Source: Strigamia acuminata
Taxonomy: Eukaryota
Length of the DNA: 64,000 bases
Assembly (NCBI GenBank): GCA_949358305.1
Contig: OX442314.1
Location: 11,346,001 to 11,410,000, forward strand
Reading direction: 5' to 3'
Part shown: one piece after another, positions 35,181 through 46,710 of the stretch
Layout of the letters: every line of letters begins with the position of its first letter
How positions within the stretch are numbered: position 1 is the first letter of the stretch
Position numbers and translations under genes: made by a program
The notes under the pieces: model-generated
Seen by the model: the letters and a program-made list of their open reading frames with translations, nothing else
Databases searched by the model: none
Told to the model about the DNA's origin: nothing

Positions 35181-35386
35181 TGTTATGCTGGGGCATCACG
35201 TTGAAATAAAGGAGAGGTTTTTAAAGTGGAAAACAAAACACACGTCTTTACTCGTGGGTAAAATACAAGCAAGTGAGGAGTAATACAAAATTGTCATGGT
35301 AACGCTTTTACAACAATGTAACAGTATGATATAGCAGTAACACGTTCTTAACAATGAACTCAACATCACATTAACATAACTTAACA
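35181..35386 (-). repeat. 3' LTR of the copia element
   Basis: Identical by eye to 39828-40033. Confidence 0.97.
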
Positions 35387-35398
35387 TTACTTCCCCTG
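35387..35398 (-). other. Polypurine tract
   Basis: Minus strand CAGGGGAAGTAA immediately precedes the 3' LTR. Confidence 0.8.
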
Positions 35399-35405
35399 AA
35401 ACCCA

Positions 35406-38400
35406 TTATGCCCTGATAATTGGTTTCACACCTAATAATTCTCTGAAATTACTTAATTTCACTTTATCTAAAGGCTTTGTCAATAAATCAGCTTCATTGT
35501 TCTCGGTTGGAACAAATTCCAATTTGACTCGTTTCGCCTTTATCTGTTCTCTGATGTAGTGGTACCGGACGTCAATATGTTTTGATCTCCGGTTCTCCAC
35601 ATTGCTTTGTGCAAAAACTTTAGCTGGTTGGTTGTCGCATCTCATGATTGTTGGTCCTCCGATCAACGTTGACAAATCCAACTCTTCGATCAGTCGTCGC
35701 ATCCATACAATGTCTTTCGAACAATTGCACATCGAGATGTACTCGGCTTCCATGCTGCTGGTGGCTACGACCTTCTGCTTGCTGCTCTGCCATATTACTA
35801 AATTCTCGGCTAGTTTCAGCAAAGTTCCGCTGTAAGATCTTCGGTTGATCTTGCAATTCGCCCAATCTGCGTCTGCGAATGCAGTCAAAAATCCTTTATT
35901 CTCATTGTAAACCAATCCGTGTTTCTTGGTTCCCGACAGATATCGTAGAATGCGTTTGGCCATTTGCCAGTGATTGGTTTTTGGTTTGCTGTTAAATTGT
36001 GCTAACACATTTACAGCGTGTGAAATGTCCGGTCTCGTACTGTTGGCCAAGTAAGATAAGCAGCCAATTACCTCTCTATAAGGCTCGACCGTCAGATCTT
36101 CAAATTCTTCTGGCTCTTTCTTATTGTTGTCAGTACATTTCACCATTGGTGTCGCCATTGGTTTTGAATCAGTCATGTTGAATCTCTTCAGGATTTTCTC
36201 AACATATTTTTCTTGCGTTAAAAACATGTTTCCGTTTTTATCCCGTCCAAATTCGATTCCTAACATGTACTTCAGAGTTCCAAGTTCTTTGATTTCAAAA
36301 CATTTACGCAGTCTCTTTTTGATTTCTCGACACATGTTTTCTGATTGTCCGGCTATCACCATGTCGTCGACGTAAACCCCGATAATTCCGCGTTCGTTTC
36401 CTATTTGAATCCAATAAACACACGCGTCGGAAAAACAACGTTTGAAACCCTGTTTCTCGAGTTCCTCGTCCAACTTGTCATTCCACGCACGTCCTGATTG
36501 TTTTAATCCGTATAACGACTTGATTAGTCTGCACACTTTGTTTTTCCATTTTCCCACTAAGCCTTCGGGAATTTCCATGTAGACTTCTTCTTCGAGTATA
36601 CCATTTAAGTATGCTGTCGTTACATCAACTTGTTCCAACACCCAACCCAAAATTACAGCTATAGCAATTATGAGTCGCATTGTCGCAATTCCGGCCACTG
36701 GAGAATATGTCTCGGTATAATCATGACCGTAGCGCTGTGTAAATCCTTTGGCAACTAAGCGCGCTTTATACCGCTCAACTGAACCATCTGGGTTTTGTTT
36801 GACTCGAAACACCCATTTACAGCCAATCGCTTTGCTGTCTTTTGGTAAATCCGTAATCTCCCATGTTTCATTCTTGTGTAAGCTGTTTAATTCGTCATCT
36901 ATTGCGGTTTGCCATTTCGTTGCGTCCTTGGAATTCAATGCCTCTTGGTAGGTAGAAGGTTCTTCAAAATGACAAAACATTGCTGTTCCTATCAAATCCT
37001 CTTCATCTTCCTCCTCAGCATCTTCCGTTTCTGCAACTTCCGGTTCCGCTTGTTGTTGCACCTGACTTCGGAGAATCATCTTTGTTGGTTCGTACTGTTT
37101 TTGAACGGCTTCAGCTTTTGTCGGTCGTCCACGTTTTGGTTTTGCCGCTGGCGGAACTTGTTTCGGTTCGTCGAAAGTGAGAGTCATTACTTCCTTCGCG
37201 TCCAGTTCATCCGTTTCGTTGAATCCGAATTCATTTTCTTTGAACACGACGTCACGTGAAGTCATCACTTTTCTTTTCTTGGTATTCCACAACCGATATG
37301 TCTTCTCCCCGGCTGAATACCCAAGAAATATGCATTTTTCTCCGCGATTGTCCAATTTTCTTCTTTTGGCCGCGGGAACGTGCATCACTGCATTGCAGCC
37401 AAACACTCTTAAGTGTTTCACGGATGGCGTTCGCCCGTACCAAACTTCATACGGCGTTTTCCCAGTGATTTGTGTCACTGTCCGGTTTCTCACGTAAACT
37501 GCAGTATTGACTGCTTCAGCCCAAAAATCTGCACCCAATTGCGTTTGGATCAAACTTGACCGCACCAGATCCAGCAATGTCCGGTTTAATCTCTCAGAAA
37601 TTCCATTTTGTTCTGGGGTGTACACTGCGGTGCGTTGATGAGAAATTCCTTTCTCCTTCAGGAAACGGTCAAATTCTTCGTTGCAGTATTCGAGCCCGTT
37701 ATCCGTTCGCAAGGCTTTTATTTTCTTCCCCGTTTTTCTCTCCATTCTCGTCATGTAATCTTGAAATTTTCCAAGCGCTTCAGATTTGTGGGTCAGAAAG
37801 TAGACATCTATTTTCCTTGACTTATCATCAATAAACGTAATGTAGTAACGATGCCCTCCCTTGCTCTTTGTTTGAAGTGGACCCGCAATGTCCGAATGGA
37901 TCAAATCCAGTACTTCGGATGCCAACTTCCGTTCTTCCTTGTTGAATGGTTTTCGGGTGGATTTTCCTTGGAGACATGAATCACATTTGCTGATTGCATC
38001 TTTGTTGATCTCCAATCCCCTGACTTTGTCTTTTTCGGCCATCTTTTGTAGACTGTCCAAAGACACGTGCATGTATCTTTGATGCCAAATTTCGTTTTTG
38101 GTCGCTTCCGTTGTCGCCGTCATCCCGTGATGTGACGCCTCGTTGACCAGATACATTCTGTTTTCTCTCTTCGCTCGAAGAATCACGACATCCTTTGAAT
38201 TCATCACGTTGCAAAATCCGTTCTTGAATGACAACCAGTAGCCTTTTGCTTCCAGTTGCGCGACGGAGAGTAAATTCATCGTCACTTCCGGCACGTAAAG
38301 TACTTCTTTTAAAATCGTTGGTACTGTCTGCCCATCGTACACGAAATCTACGTTGATGTCCCCTTGAGCTTCTACTTTGACCTTCTTTCCGTTTGCGATA

Positions 38401-39284
38401 TTTATTTCCGCCACTTTGGGATTTTGAAGTTCCAAAAATTTCCCTTTCTGCGCTGTCATGTGATGACTCGCTCCTGAATCGATCACCCAAACGTCCTTAT
38501 CCGCTCGCGCCGCAAATGCCGACATAACATTGGCCTTCTTGTGGTCACTGGAATTCTTGGACTCAGCGCTTCTTTCCTTCTTGGGCTTGTGGCAGTCCCG
38601 CGCATAATGGCCAAATTTGTTACAATTGTAACATTTGATCTTTTTAAGATCACGTTGCTGTGGAATCTTGTTCGCAATTAGCACAGCCGAATCCCGTTTG
38701 GTATTGTCTGAAGTCTCTCTTCTTGAAGACTCCGCCAATATCATGTCTTTTATTTTGTTCGACGTGAAATCCGCTTTTGCAATCGTGTGTACTGACGTAA
38801 TCAGTCCTTCGTATTCTTTGGTCAAACCACATAACATGGCCCAAGCCAAATCTGTGTCCCCGACCGTTTGGCCCGCATTCGTTAATCTCTCGGAGCATTC
38901 GGACACTCTCATGAGATACTTGTCCATATTTTCACCGGTCTGCTTCATTGTTGAATAAAGTTCTCGGCGGAGTTGGACGATGCGTAACGAGTTCGTCGGT
39001 TCGTAGACTTCTTTCAGTCGATCCCAAGCTTCTTTTGGACTTTGCAATCCCCGTATATGTGATTGCTGTTGTGTTTTGATTGTCAAACCAATTATTGAAA
39101 AAGCTTTATTTGTCAAATCAGCCAATTTCGTTGCATCGGCTTCAGTTTCTGTCCCGTCTACTACTTTCCAAAGTTTCTTCTCGGTTAAAAGAAGCTTGAC
39201 ACTGAATGCCCAAGACAAATAGTTGGTACCATCCATTTTTTCTATCCCGTAGGAAGTAATGCTAGATGAAGTCTCAGTCGTCAT
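35406..39284 (-). CDS. Copia Gag-Pol polyprotein (1292 aa from the ATG at 39284)
   Basis: Gag (IEKMDGTNYLSW) with zinc knuckle CYNCNKFGHYARDC; protease WVIDSGASHHM; integrase HHCC (WHQRYMH...CDSC) and DDE (HSDIAGP, RTDNGLEY, QNGISER); RT (QVDVTTAYLNG, LYGLKQSGR, YVDD); RNase H (FADADWA, EAEY, CDN, ADLLTK). Confidence 0.97.
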   Translation of the reverse strand: MTTETSSSITSYGIEKMDGTNYLSWAFSVKLLLTEKKLWKVVDGTETEADATKLADLTNKAFSIIGLTIKTQQQSHIRGLQSPKEAWDRLKEVYEPTNSLRIVQLRRELYSTMKQTGENMDKYLMRVSECSERLTNAGQTVGDTDLAWAMLCGLTKEYEGLITSVHTIAKADFTSNKIKDMILAESSRRETSDNTKRDSAVLIANKIPQQRDLKKIKCYNCNKFGHYARDCHKPKKERSAESKNSSDHKKANVMSAFAARADKDVWVIDSGASHHMTAQKGKFLELQNPKVAEINIANGKKVKVEAQGDINVDFVYDGQTVPTILKEVLYVPEVTMNLLSVAQLEAKGYWLSFKNGFCNVMNSKDVVILRAKRENRMYLVNEASHHGMTATTEATKNEIWHQRYMHVSLDSLQKMAEKDKVRGLEINKDAISKCDSCLQGKSTRKPFNKEERKLASEVLDLIHSDIAGPLQTKSKGGHRYYITFIDDKSRKIDVYFLTHKSEALGKFQDYMTRMERKTGKKIKALRTDNGLEYCNEEFDRFLKEKGISHQRTAVYTPEQNGISERLNRTLLDLVRSSLIQTQLGADFWAEAVNTAVYVRNRTVTQITGKTPYEVWYGRTPSVKHLRVFGCNAVMHVPAAKRRKLDNRGEKCIFLGYSAGEKTYRLWNTKKRKVMTSRDVVFKENEFGFNETDELDAKEVMTLTFDEPKQVPPAAKPKRGRPTKAEAVQKQYEPTKMILRSQVQQQAEPEVAETEDAEEEDEEDLIGTAMFCHFEEPSTYQEALNSKDATKWQTAIDDELNSLHKNETWEITDLPKDSKAIGCKWVFRVKQNPDGSVERYKARLVAKGFTQRYGHDYTETYSPVAGIATMRLIIAIAVILGWVLEQVDVTTAYLNGILEEEVYMEIPEGLVGKWKNKVCRLIKSLYGLKQSGRAWNDKLDEELEKQGFKRCFSDACVYWIQIGNERGIIGVYVDDMVIAGQSENMCREIKKRLRKCFEIKELGTLKYMLGIEFGRDKNGNMFLTQEKYVEKILKRFNMTDSKPMATPMVKCTDNNKKEPEEFEDLTVEPYREVIGCLSYLANSTRPDISHAVNVLAQFNSKPKTNHWQMAKRILRYLSGTKKHGLVYNENKGFLTAFADADWANCKINRRSYSGTLLKLAENLVIWQSSKQKVVATSSMEAEYISMCNCSKDIVWMRRLIEELDLSTLIGGPTIMRCDNQPAKVFAQSNVENRRSKHIDVRYHYIREQIKAKRVKLEFVPTENNEADLLTKPLDKVKLSNFRELLGVKPIIRA

Positions 39285-39808
39285 CTTGTCTCGGAAAATT
39301 TTCAAAATTGCAAATAGCACAGACTGTTGTCAGTTTCAAACAATTTTCCCCCAAAATAGCAACAACAATTGAAACAAACTTAATGCTATCTTAAATCTAC
39401 AACAAAGCTTCGTTGCGCAGATCCTAACAATACAAGTTTTAAACAATTGCATGCACAAATAGTTCGTTTTGCTTCAATAATGGCGTCGTTTTCTTCTTGT
39501 TTCGGTTGCACGTGCAGTTCGAAAATGGCGTCGTTCGAATCCCGTTCGTTGCAAACTCGTTGAAAATTATGCCTTTCGTCCCTTATGGCTCATGAAGCTA
39601 ATTACTAGTCGAAAATAACTCACAGTTCCCGACCTCGTTCTTTGCTACGCGTCCTCGTTCGATTTTAGGCCCGTCTTGCCACACGTTCGATTCCGCTCGA
39701 TTCCACTCGTTCGAAACGTCCGTCTGACGTTCGTATCGTCTCGTCGTGTCGTCGAAACGTTCGTCTACCTTCCCGATATTCGTTGGACACACCCGCGCTG
39801 CTTAACGT

Positions 39809-39824
39809 CCTGGACCCATAACCA
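39809..39824 (-). other. Primer-binding site of the half-tRNA-iMet (Drosophila copia) type
   Basis: Minus strand TGGTTATGGGTCCAGG, 3 nt inside the 5' LTR. It matches the copia-type GGTTATGGGCCCAG with one C>T (G:U-compatible). Confidence 0.85.
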
Positions 39825-39827
39825 ATT

Positions 39828-40033
39828 TGTTATGCTGGGGCATCACGTTGAAATAAAGGAGAGGTTTTTAAAGTGGAAAACAAAACACACGTCTTTACTC
39901 GTGGGTAAAATACAAGCAAGTGAGGAGTAATACAAAATTGTCATGGTAACGCTTTTACAACAATGTAACAGTATGATATAGCAGTAACACGTTCTTAACA
40001 ATGAACTCAACATCACATTAACATAACTTAACA
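39828..40033 (-). repeat. 5' LTR of the copia element
   Basis: Identical to 35181-35386 and adjacent to the PBS. Confidence 0.97.
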
Positions 40034-42029
40034 TGGATGAATCTAACAATTGATGAAAAACAATTGAAATTGTTGTCATGCAGTAACATTAAAACATGTT
40101 TTTGCTAAAATATTTCCGGTTGTTTTTTCAAGTACATTATAAACATTTTGAATGCAGCTTGTGTTGTTAGACTGCCAATTTTCAAATAATAAAGGAGGAA
40201 GCACAAGAAGATCTTTATTTTTGTGCACAGGTCGTTGAACATTACTATAGCGATTATTAAATTAAAGACTTGTCAGCATTACATTGCAGTGAATAGGAAC
40301 TTTTCAACTTCCTAAATAATCCAACTTTTTATGTTTTTAAATTATTTATTTCCACATATCTTGATCCAACTTCAAAAATGGTGGCCAGTTTTCGGTCGCA
40401 GTGGGCATGCGCACAACATTTAACCAACAAAACACGTTTAACTGCAAGTTCAATGTTAATAAAGGTGCAGAGTTTGCAGCCATAGAATTTGCCAGCTCTC
40501 GACTTGAGACTTTGCAGGTGACTATATCAAGTGATACAAGTGCCCCCTAGTGCGCGTGGCCTTCGCGAGGCGTATCCAATGGCCGGTTTTTGCACCTGGC
40601 ATTATAAACCGGTTAATGGACAAGTGGATAGCAATTACAAGTGGACGTGGCACGTGTGACCAGTTCACGCCTTGCAAAAGATCAAAATACTCCGTTGAAT
40701 AGAAATTGGTCGTGGGTTGATAAAGAAAGTTGCCTTTGCGATTACGAGGTTAGAAGTAAGCAAAAAGTGGCCTATTACTCCATTAGTCCAGTACTAATAA
40801 GACGAGTTTTTGAGACTGATGCAGGACGAAGGAATGCGTTGAGGCGGGTAGTGGCGAGAAATATGATTAGTTGTCACGTGAGGGATGTTTCATATACACT
40901 AGAGATAAGTATTTTTGAAAATATATTGTAGTTTTAATGATGGGAGAATGTGAAGGGAAAGAAAGTAAAGATAAGGTAGTGAGAGATGAAGATGGTTGAA
41001 TGATGATGAAAAGGAAAAGGGAGACGAAGGCAGGGGGTGTTGGAGAGACAAATGATAAAAGGGAGACACGCGAAGAGGAGGAGGAGAAAGATTGTGGGTG
41101 ATGAAAAGTTGATCCGAAAGCGAGAGATAAGGACTGGGTTTGCTCTGGAGCTGGAGAGATGTTGAATGAGGGTGAGGCGTAGTTTGGACGATGTTATTAA
41201 ATTATTTGTACACTTCTCAGGGTGTGGCAACTCATTATGTCAAGTCGAGTGCGCACCATTCACAGTCCACTGGAGTAAAATAACAAAGTTGTTGTGTAAG
41301 GGTGTGAAAAGAACCAATGTGTAGTTTCGCTCTTCGGGTATAAATATAATACACACAGGGCTCTTTTTGTTTTAGAAAGTTTTTAAGGAGAAAATGTCAT
41401 TTGAAGTGGAGAAACAATTTATACAATTACTCATGGTTGAATTGAGAGCTAGTAGAGGGGAAATGTTTGTGCATAACACTTGAAAAAGTCGGTTGGAATT
41501 TTTGGAAATGATGAAGTTTTGCTTTTAGGAAATTTGCACTGAATGTAATTCTTTAATGCTGCTGCGATCGTAGCTGCAAATGTTAATAAAATTGCTGTTG
41601 GAATACAATGGGGTAGTTTAGTTTGTTTGTTGTGTGGATAGAATGATACGTGACAAAAGATTAGTTATGAATAGGACAAAGGATGAGGGAGCAGAGGTAA
41701 AGAGATGATACTGCTTGGTTTTTTTAATTCTTTAATGCTTAACATAGGGGCATTAAATCTGAGCTTATGTGACTTTACTACCTTTTGGTTATGGGATTTG
41801 AGATAGAAAACGCCATTGGGTGCATTCAAGATACAAATGGAGGAGTCGTTTACTAATTTTTTTTTTTAGGTTTTCTCTGTGGAAAAGTGACTCTTCAACG
41901 ACAGTTTATTGAAAATGCGAAAAGCCAACGGATACTATTCGAAGTCTCGGTAAACTAAGATTTTGCAATTTTGTTGCAATGTTTCTTGTAAACCTGCAGC
42001 AAATTGATAGTAATAATTCGTGTTTTGCA

Positions 42030-42190
42030 GTTGTGACGTCAAGTTTAAGAAAACTTTTCTACAACTTGAGTTGTAGAAAAGTCCGCCATTTTGTTTTGAG
42101 TACTAGAAAACCTTTGGTAGTGTGAACACAGGTTTTCTAGAAAAGTGGCTGGTTTTGTACAAAAGTGGTTTAAGTGTGAACATAGCATTA
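42030..42190. mobile_element. Probable PIF/Harbinger-like MITE end with internal palindromes
   Basis: Ends GTGTGAACATAGC followed by ATTA, with a second GTGTGAAC at ~42120. Perfect 14-bp inverted repeat ACTTTTCTACAACT-tg-AGTTGTAGAAAAGT at 42053-42082. The other terminus was not found. Confidence 0.45.
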
Positions 42191-42294
42191 GACAATACAT
42201 AACTGCCAAATTGAAATCATTTCAGTTTGTGTGCTCATTTTTGAAAAATTTATTGCATCGGTAGATGAAGTGGGGCGCGGAAGATCGCCTTGCT

Positions 42295-42334
42295 TAAAAA
42301 TGGGTCGCGATGCTAAAAAGTTTGGGAACCCTTG
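42295..42334 (-). mobile_element. Isolated hAT/Charlie-type terminus
   Basis: Minus strand CAAGGGTTCCCAAACTTTTTAGCATCGCGACCC resembles Charlie-type left ends; no partner end was found. Confidence 0.45.
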
Positions 42335-43499
42335 CATTAGAACACAGCAGTTTGGGCTTAGTCCGTATGCTGATGGATGACTGGCTGGGAATCTCTTGTT
42401 TCCATCTTTGTTTGACTAAGGTACTGTTTCTAGGGCAAGAACATCCGCTATTCACCTCCAACTGGGTTTTCTGTAGTTTCCCCAGCTCTCGGTGCAAATG
42501 CAAGGTTGGGTCCTTAAGAAAGTCGACCTATAGATTGTGGCTTGCATGACCTAAATCCCCATACAAGTATTCTACTTACGGGACCACGACTATGCTAAAT
42601 GTTGCACTCTTATACTTCAGTTTTAAAAACATCGCCAAATATCGAAAACATTGTATGTGAACTTCGCTTAAAGGAAAATTGCAAAGAAAGGAGTTGAAAT
42701 GAAACAGGGGCGTTCCTTTGTACCTCTAGTTATATGTTGGGAGTCAAGTTTGGAATACAGTTGGGAGGAAGAGGAGGTTGTTGAACGATGGAGGTGGAGG
42801 AGGTGGTTTTAATTGGAAGTGCAGGCTCGGGCGTTAATACGGCAAACCTTTTCTTGTGTTGGCATCTCCTCCCTGGTGGATGGCCCCTCCCTGCCTCTGC
42901 TGGTCTTAGAGTTGGAGCCTCTCTAGTTTCACGTTTAATTAAAAGTAAGCCGAGACGAAGAGCGTGTGTTGGGGGATGCCGGCTCTTAATTGGACGCCTC
43001 CAATTTGAGTGTGAGCACTGGTTTTCCTTCTTATTGTCTCCTTCGTTGTCCCCAACTCCCTCCCTCCTCCTTCATCCATGGGATTATAAGCGTGAGTTTT
43101 CTAAGTTGAATCCCTTCCCTTCCACTTCTTCACCTTCCTCGGCGCGGGCTTAAAATAACTCACACACGTCTTGACAACATTCTGGCTGTTGTTTAATACT
43201 GCGTAAACAAATTTGTTTTGCTAAAATGTTTTACGCCTAAGCTTGGCAAAACAAATAAGTTTTCCAAAGTTTTATGGTTTTTTATTGTTAAATATTGTTG
43301 GATGTGGATTATGTGAACTGTAATTATCAAATTATTTAGAGTAGGTGTTAGTATAAATTTATTTTTAGTTGCTAATGGCAGAGGTTTAAAAAAAGTGGGT
43401 TGCATAACAAAAAGTGAATTTATTGGCAAATTAAAGTGAATTTTGGGTAAACAATGAAGAATAGGTATCAAGAGGCAGGTATAGGTACAAAAGGTGAAG

Positions 43500-44065
43500 A
43501 ATATGTATCAAAAGTGAATTATACGGACCAAAAGTGAATTATACTTACCAAAAGTGAATTATACTTCCCAAAAGTGAATTATATTTACCAGAAGTGAATT
43601 ATACTTAACAAAAGTGAATTATACTTAACAAAAGTGAATTATACTTACCAAAAGTGAATTGTACTTACCAAAAGTGAATTGTACAAGTACTTACTGAAAG
43701 TGAATTGTACAAGTACTTACTAAAATTTTAAATACCAAACGTGAATTTTAAATATCAAAAGTGAATTTTAAATATTAAAAGTAAATTATGGAGTAACAAA
43801 GTGAATTATACATATCAAAAGTGAATTATACTTATCAAAAGTGAATTTTAAATACCAAAAGTGAATTTTAAATATCAAAAGTGAATTTTAAATATCAAAA
43901 GTAAATTTTAAATATCAAAAGTGAATTTTAAATATCAAAAGTAAATTATGGAGTAACAAAGTGAATTATAAGCATCAAAAGTGAATTTTTCGTATCAAAA
44001 GTTAATTACAGGTATCAAAGGTGAATTATGGGATAACAAAAGTGAATTATTAGAAACAAAAGTAA
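43500..44065. repeat. 21-bp minisatellite (CAAAAGTGAATTATACTTAC / CAAAAGTGAATTTTAAATAT variants)
   Basis: About 25 tandem copies in variant blocks. Confidence 0.92.
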
Positions 44066-45049
44066 AATCATCAACAATAACCAATTTTTAATTACGACTC
44101 TCCACACCATTGATCTCACCTTTAATTTAATCCAAAAAAAAAATTATTTGAAAAAGATTTTTTAATTGACTCAATTTAAAACCTAAAATATTCAGCCTTT
44201 TTTTTTTACCCCTTACCCTCCTCCCTGGCCTCGATACACCTCTTTTCCCCCCAAGATGGAGTCTGTTGTAGTCTATATCTGGTGCAAAATTTTTTCTTTT
44301 TTGCATCTGTCTGTGTGTTTTTGTATCTCTCCCTTACATCAAAGGCTTTGTCAAATCTACAATGGTCATCCCTCTCTGTCTATTCCTCAGCCCCCGTGTC
44401 GGAGCCGGGAGAGGGTTAAAGTTGGGGCTGTTTTGCTCACCATCTGTCCGTGAGGGAAGGGTAATAGATTAAACAAACATGGACGTGGGAGGAGGGAGGG
44501 GGGAGGAGGAAGGCAGGAAAATTTGCATACATTACAACCCAGCCCCTTCTCTTTGAAAAAGAGAAAAGAGGAGAGACGAAGAAAAAAGGGTTATCGTGCT
44601 CAGCCGCCTGATGGTCGGTAGGGGGCGCAAAAAAGTGTCTGGACTGCCGCGTGACGCGAGTCTTGTTGCGCACCGAGAGGATTGGTGCTGTCTGCAGAGT
44701 GGGGTTGGAGAAAATTATGAGGAAAATGGGCCATCTCGTTAGGTTTCATCACCGAGCGCTATTGACAAGACCAGATGGATGCGGAAGGTGTGGGCTGGGC
44801 CGGGCTGGCTCGGCTGGCTCGGCTCTGGCGAATATATGGATTCGTGGAAGAGGCGAGAATGGGTTTCATTTGTGACAGAAGGGAGAGGTTTTTTTGTTTA
44901 GTGGTTTTAGGTGCAAAAGGGTTGGTATGATGATACTCCGAAAAGGTGTTTTGGAGTTTGGGAATTTGTCACCTGTGGAGTTTTGGACAGTTTGGAATTA
45001 GATGCCATTTTGATTTTTTTTTTTTAATTGTCGTTTTTTTTTTTTGATG

Positions 45050-45480
45050 ATGATTTTGATTTTTTTTGGATTTTGATTTTGATTTTTTTTTTGGATTCTG
45101 ATTTTGATTTTGATTTTAATATTTTTGAAAGAATTGTGATTTTTTATTTGAATTCTGATTCTAATTTTAATTTTTTATTTGAACTCTGATTCTAATTCTG
45201 GTTTTTTATTTGAATTTTGATTCTAATTCTGATTTTGATTTTAATATTCTTGAAAGAATTCTGATTTTTTATTTCAATTTTGATTCTTATTCTGATTTTG
45301 ATTTTGTTGGATTCTGACACTGATTTAGATATTTGATGCCATTTTGATTGTTTTTAGACGCCATTTTGATTTTTAAATTTTTGATGCCATTTTGATTGTT
45401 TTTAGACGCCATTTTGATTTTTAAATTTTTGATGCCATTTTGATTGTTTTTAGACGCTATTTTGATTTTTAAATTTTTGA
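45050..45480. repeat. (TTTTGA/TTCTGA)n low-complexity array followed by three 48-bp units containing GCCATTTT
   Basis: Unit TGATGCCATTTTGATTGTTTTTAGACGCCATTTTGATTTTTAAATTTT x3 from 45334. Confidence 0.85.
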
Positions 45481-46429
45481 TTCATATTATTGATTGATTG
45501 ATTGGTTGGTTGATTGATTGATTGAGTTTCTGGTTGCAAATTTGATGCTATAAAAATTGGAGAGGAGAAAACTTATTGTAAATTGTAAATAAAAACCGGA
45601 AGTGATGGAATTATGACAATTCATATTTTTATTTTACAAAAAAAACCAACTTTTGACACATTGCACACACAAACGGTCTTTTAATTTCCGAGTGTGCAAT
45701 AAAGTAAACATTGAAAGTGATATTAAATAGGTAGTTTAAAAAGAAAGCGGAAGTAGGTATATTCTTGGGTAATCTTGATCTTTGGCTTAAATCACTTCAT
45801 TTCCGGGTGAAATTGGTGATGATTTATTAGCCCTGATGCCCTCGTCGATAGAAATTTTTTCCCCACTGAAAAGTTTGCTAATTAAACTTGAAGAAGCTTT
45901 GAATTATACAACAACATTTCAACGTCAAGTATAAGAGTAAATTGTTTGATGATTACAATTAATACGTCCTATGGGGAAAGAAGAGATAAGATTTACGTCT
46001 TAAACATCTTTTAAAGTGCTCCGCATGAATAATTTGTAAGTTAATTGTTTTGCTCAATTAATTTTTTATTTACTAGAAATATTCGTTTTTTTCTTCTCGA
46101 ATTGAAATGAAATTTAAAATGAAATTTGTTTGCGTTTGTTATGGACTTGGCGGTTTTATTGAACACAAAATATCATCATGTGAGGCAGTTTCTTAGAAAA
46201 AAATTAAAAAGACTTTGATTAGCAGTTGTGCAGTCGTTAAAATTTTAAAACTGTTTTTAAAACTTTTTGTCTGTTGGAAATCTTTTTTTTTAATGTTAAA
46301 CGTTTTTCAATTGTATGGTCAGTTTAAATTTTTTTCTGATGATAATTGGTTTTTTATTATCGACTTTTAGAAAATACAAAAAGTCCACTCGGCGGTGTAC
46401 TTGACCTTTAAAAATCTTCTAAAATTGGT

Positions 46430-46710
46430 AAACAGCTTTAAATAATTAAAAAAAAACTACTTTTAAGAAGTAAAAAACAGCTTTTAAAAGGAGTACAGCT
46501 TTTAAGGAGTGTACACAGCTTTTAAGAAGTAAAAAACAGCTTTTAAGGAGTAAAAAACAGCTTTTAAGAAGTAAAAAACAGCTTTTAAGAAGTAAAAAAC
46601 AGCTTTTAAGAAGTAAAAAACAGCTTTTAAGAAATAGTAAACAGCTTTTAAGACGTGTAAGACATCATTTAAGAAGTAAAAACAGCTTTTACGAAAGAAA
46701 AACAACTTTT
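46430..46710. repeat. 21-bp minisatellite (CAGCTTTTAAGAAGTAAAAAA)
   Basis: Tandem copies give the pseudo-ORF (LKAVFYF)n. Confidence 0.9.

Larger units (their letters stand above)
35181..40033 (-). mobile_element. Full-length intact Ty1/copia LTR retrotransposon (4853 bp)
   Basis: Two identical 206-bp LTRs (TG...CA, TGTTA/TAACA termini), 5-bp TSD TGGAT (35176-35180 and 40034-40038), PBS, PPT and one uninterrupted gag-pol ORF in copia order PR-IN-RT-RH. Confidence 0.98.

Noticed and set aside
35602..38958. Antisense and alternative-frame ORFs within the copia pol region
   Set aside because: Shadow ORFs of a long coding sequence; no env-like or other recognisable product.
39285..39320. ORF-track start at GTG 39320
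   Set aside because: Eukaryotic initiation at the first in-frame ATG (39284) is more plausible and gives a typical copia Gag N-terminus.
42340..42580. Possible SINE-like core (minus strand GCATTTGC...GGGGAAACTACAGAAAACCC)
   Set aside because: Only a vague resemblance; no A/B boxes, tail or TSD identified.
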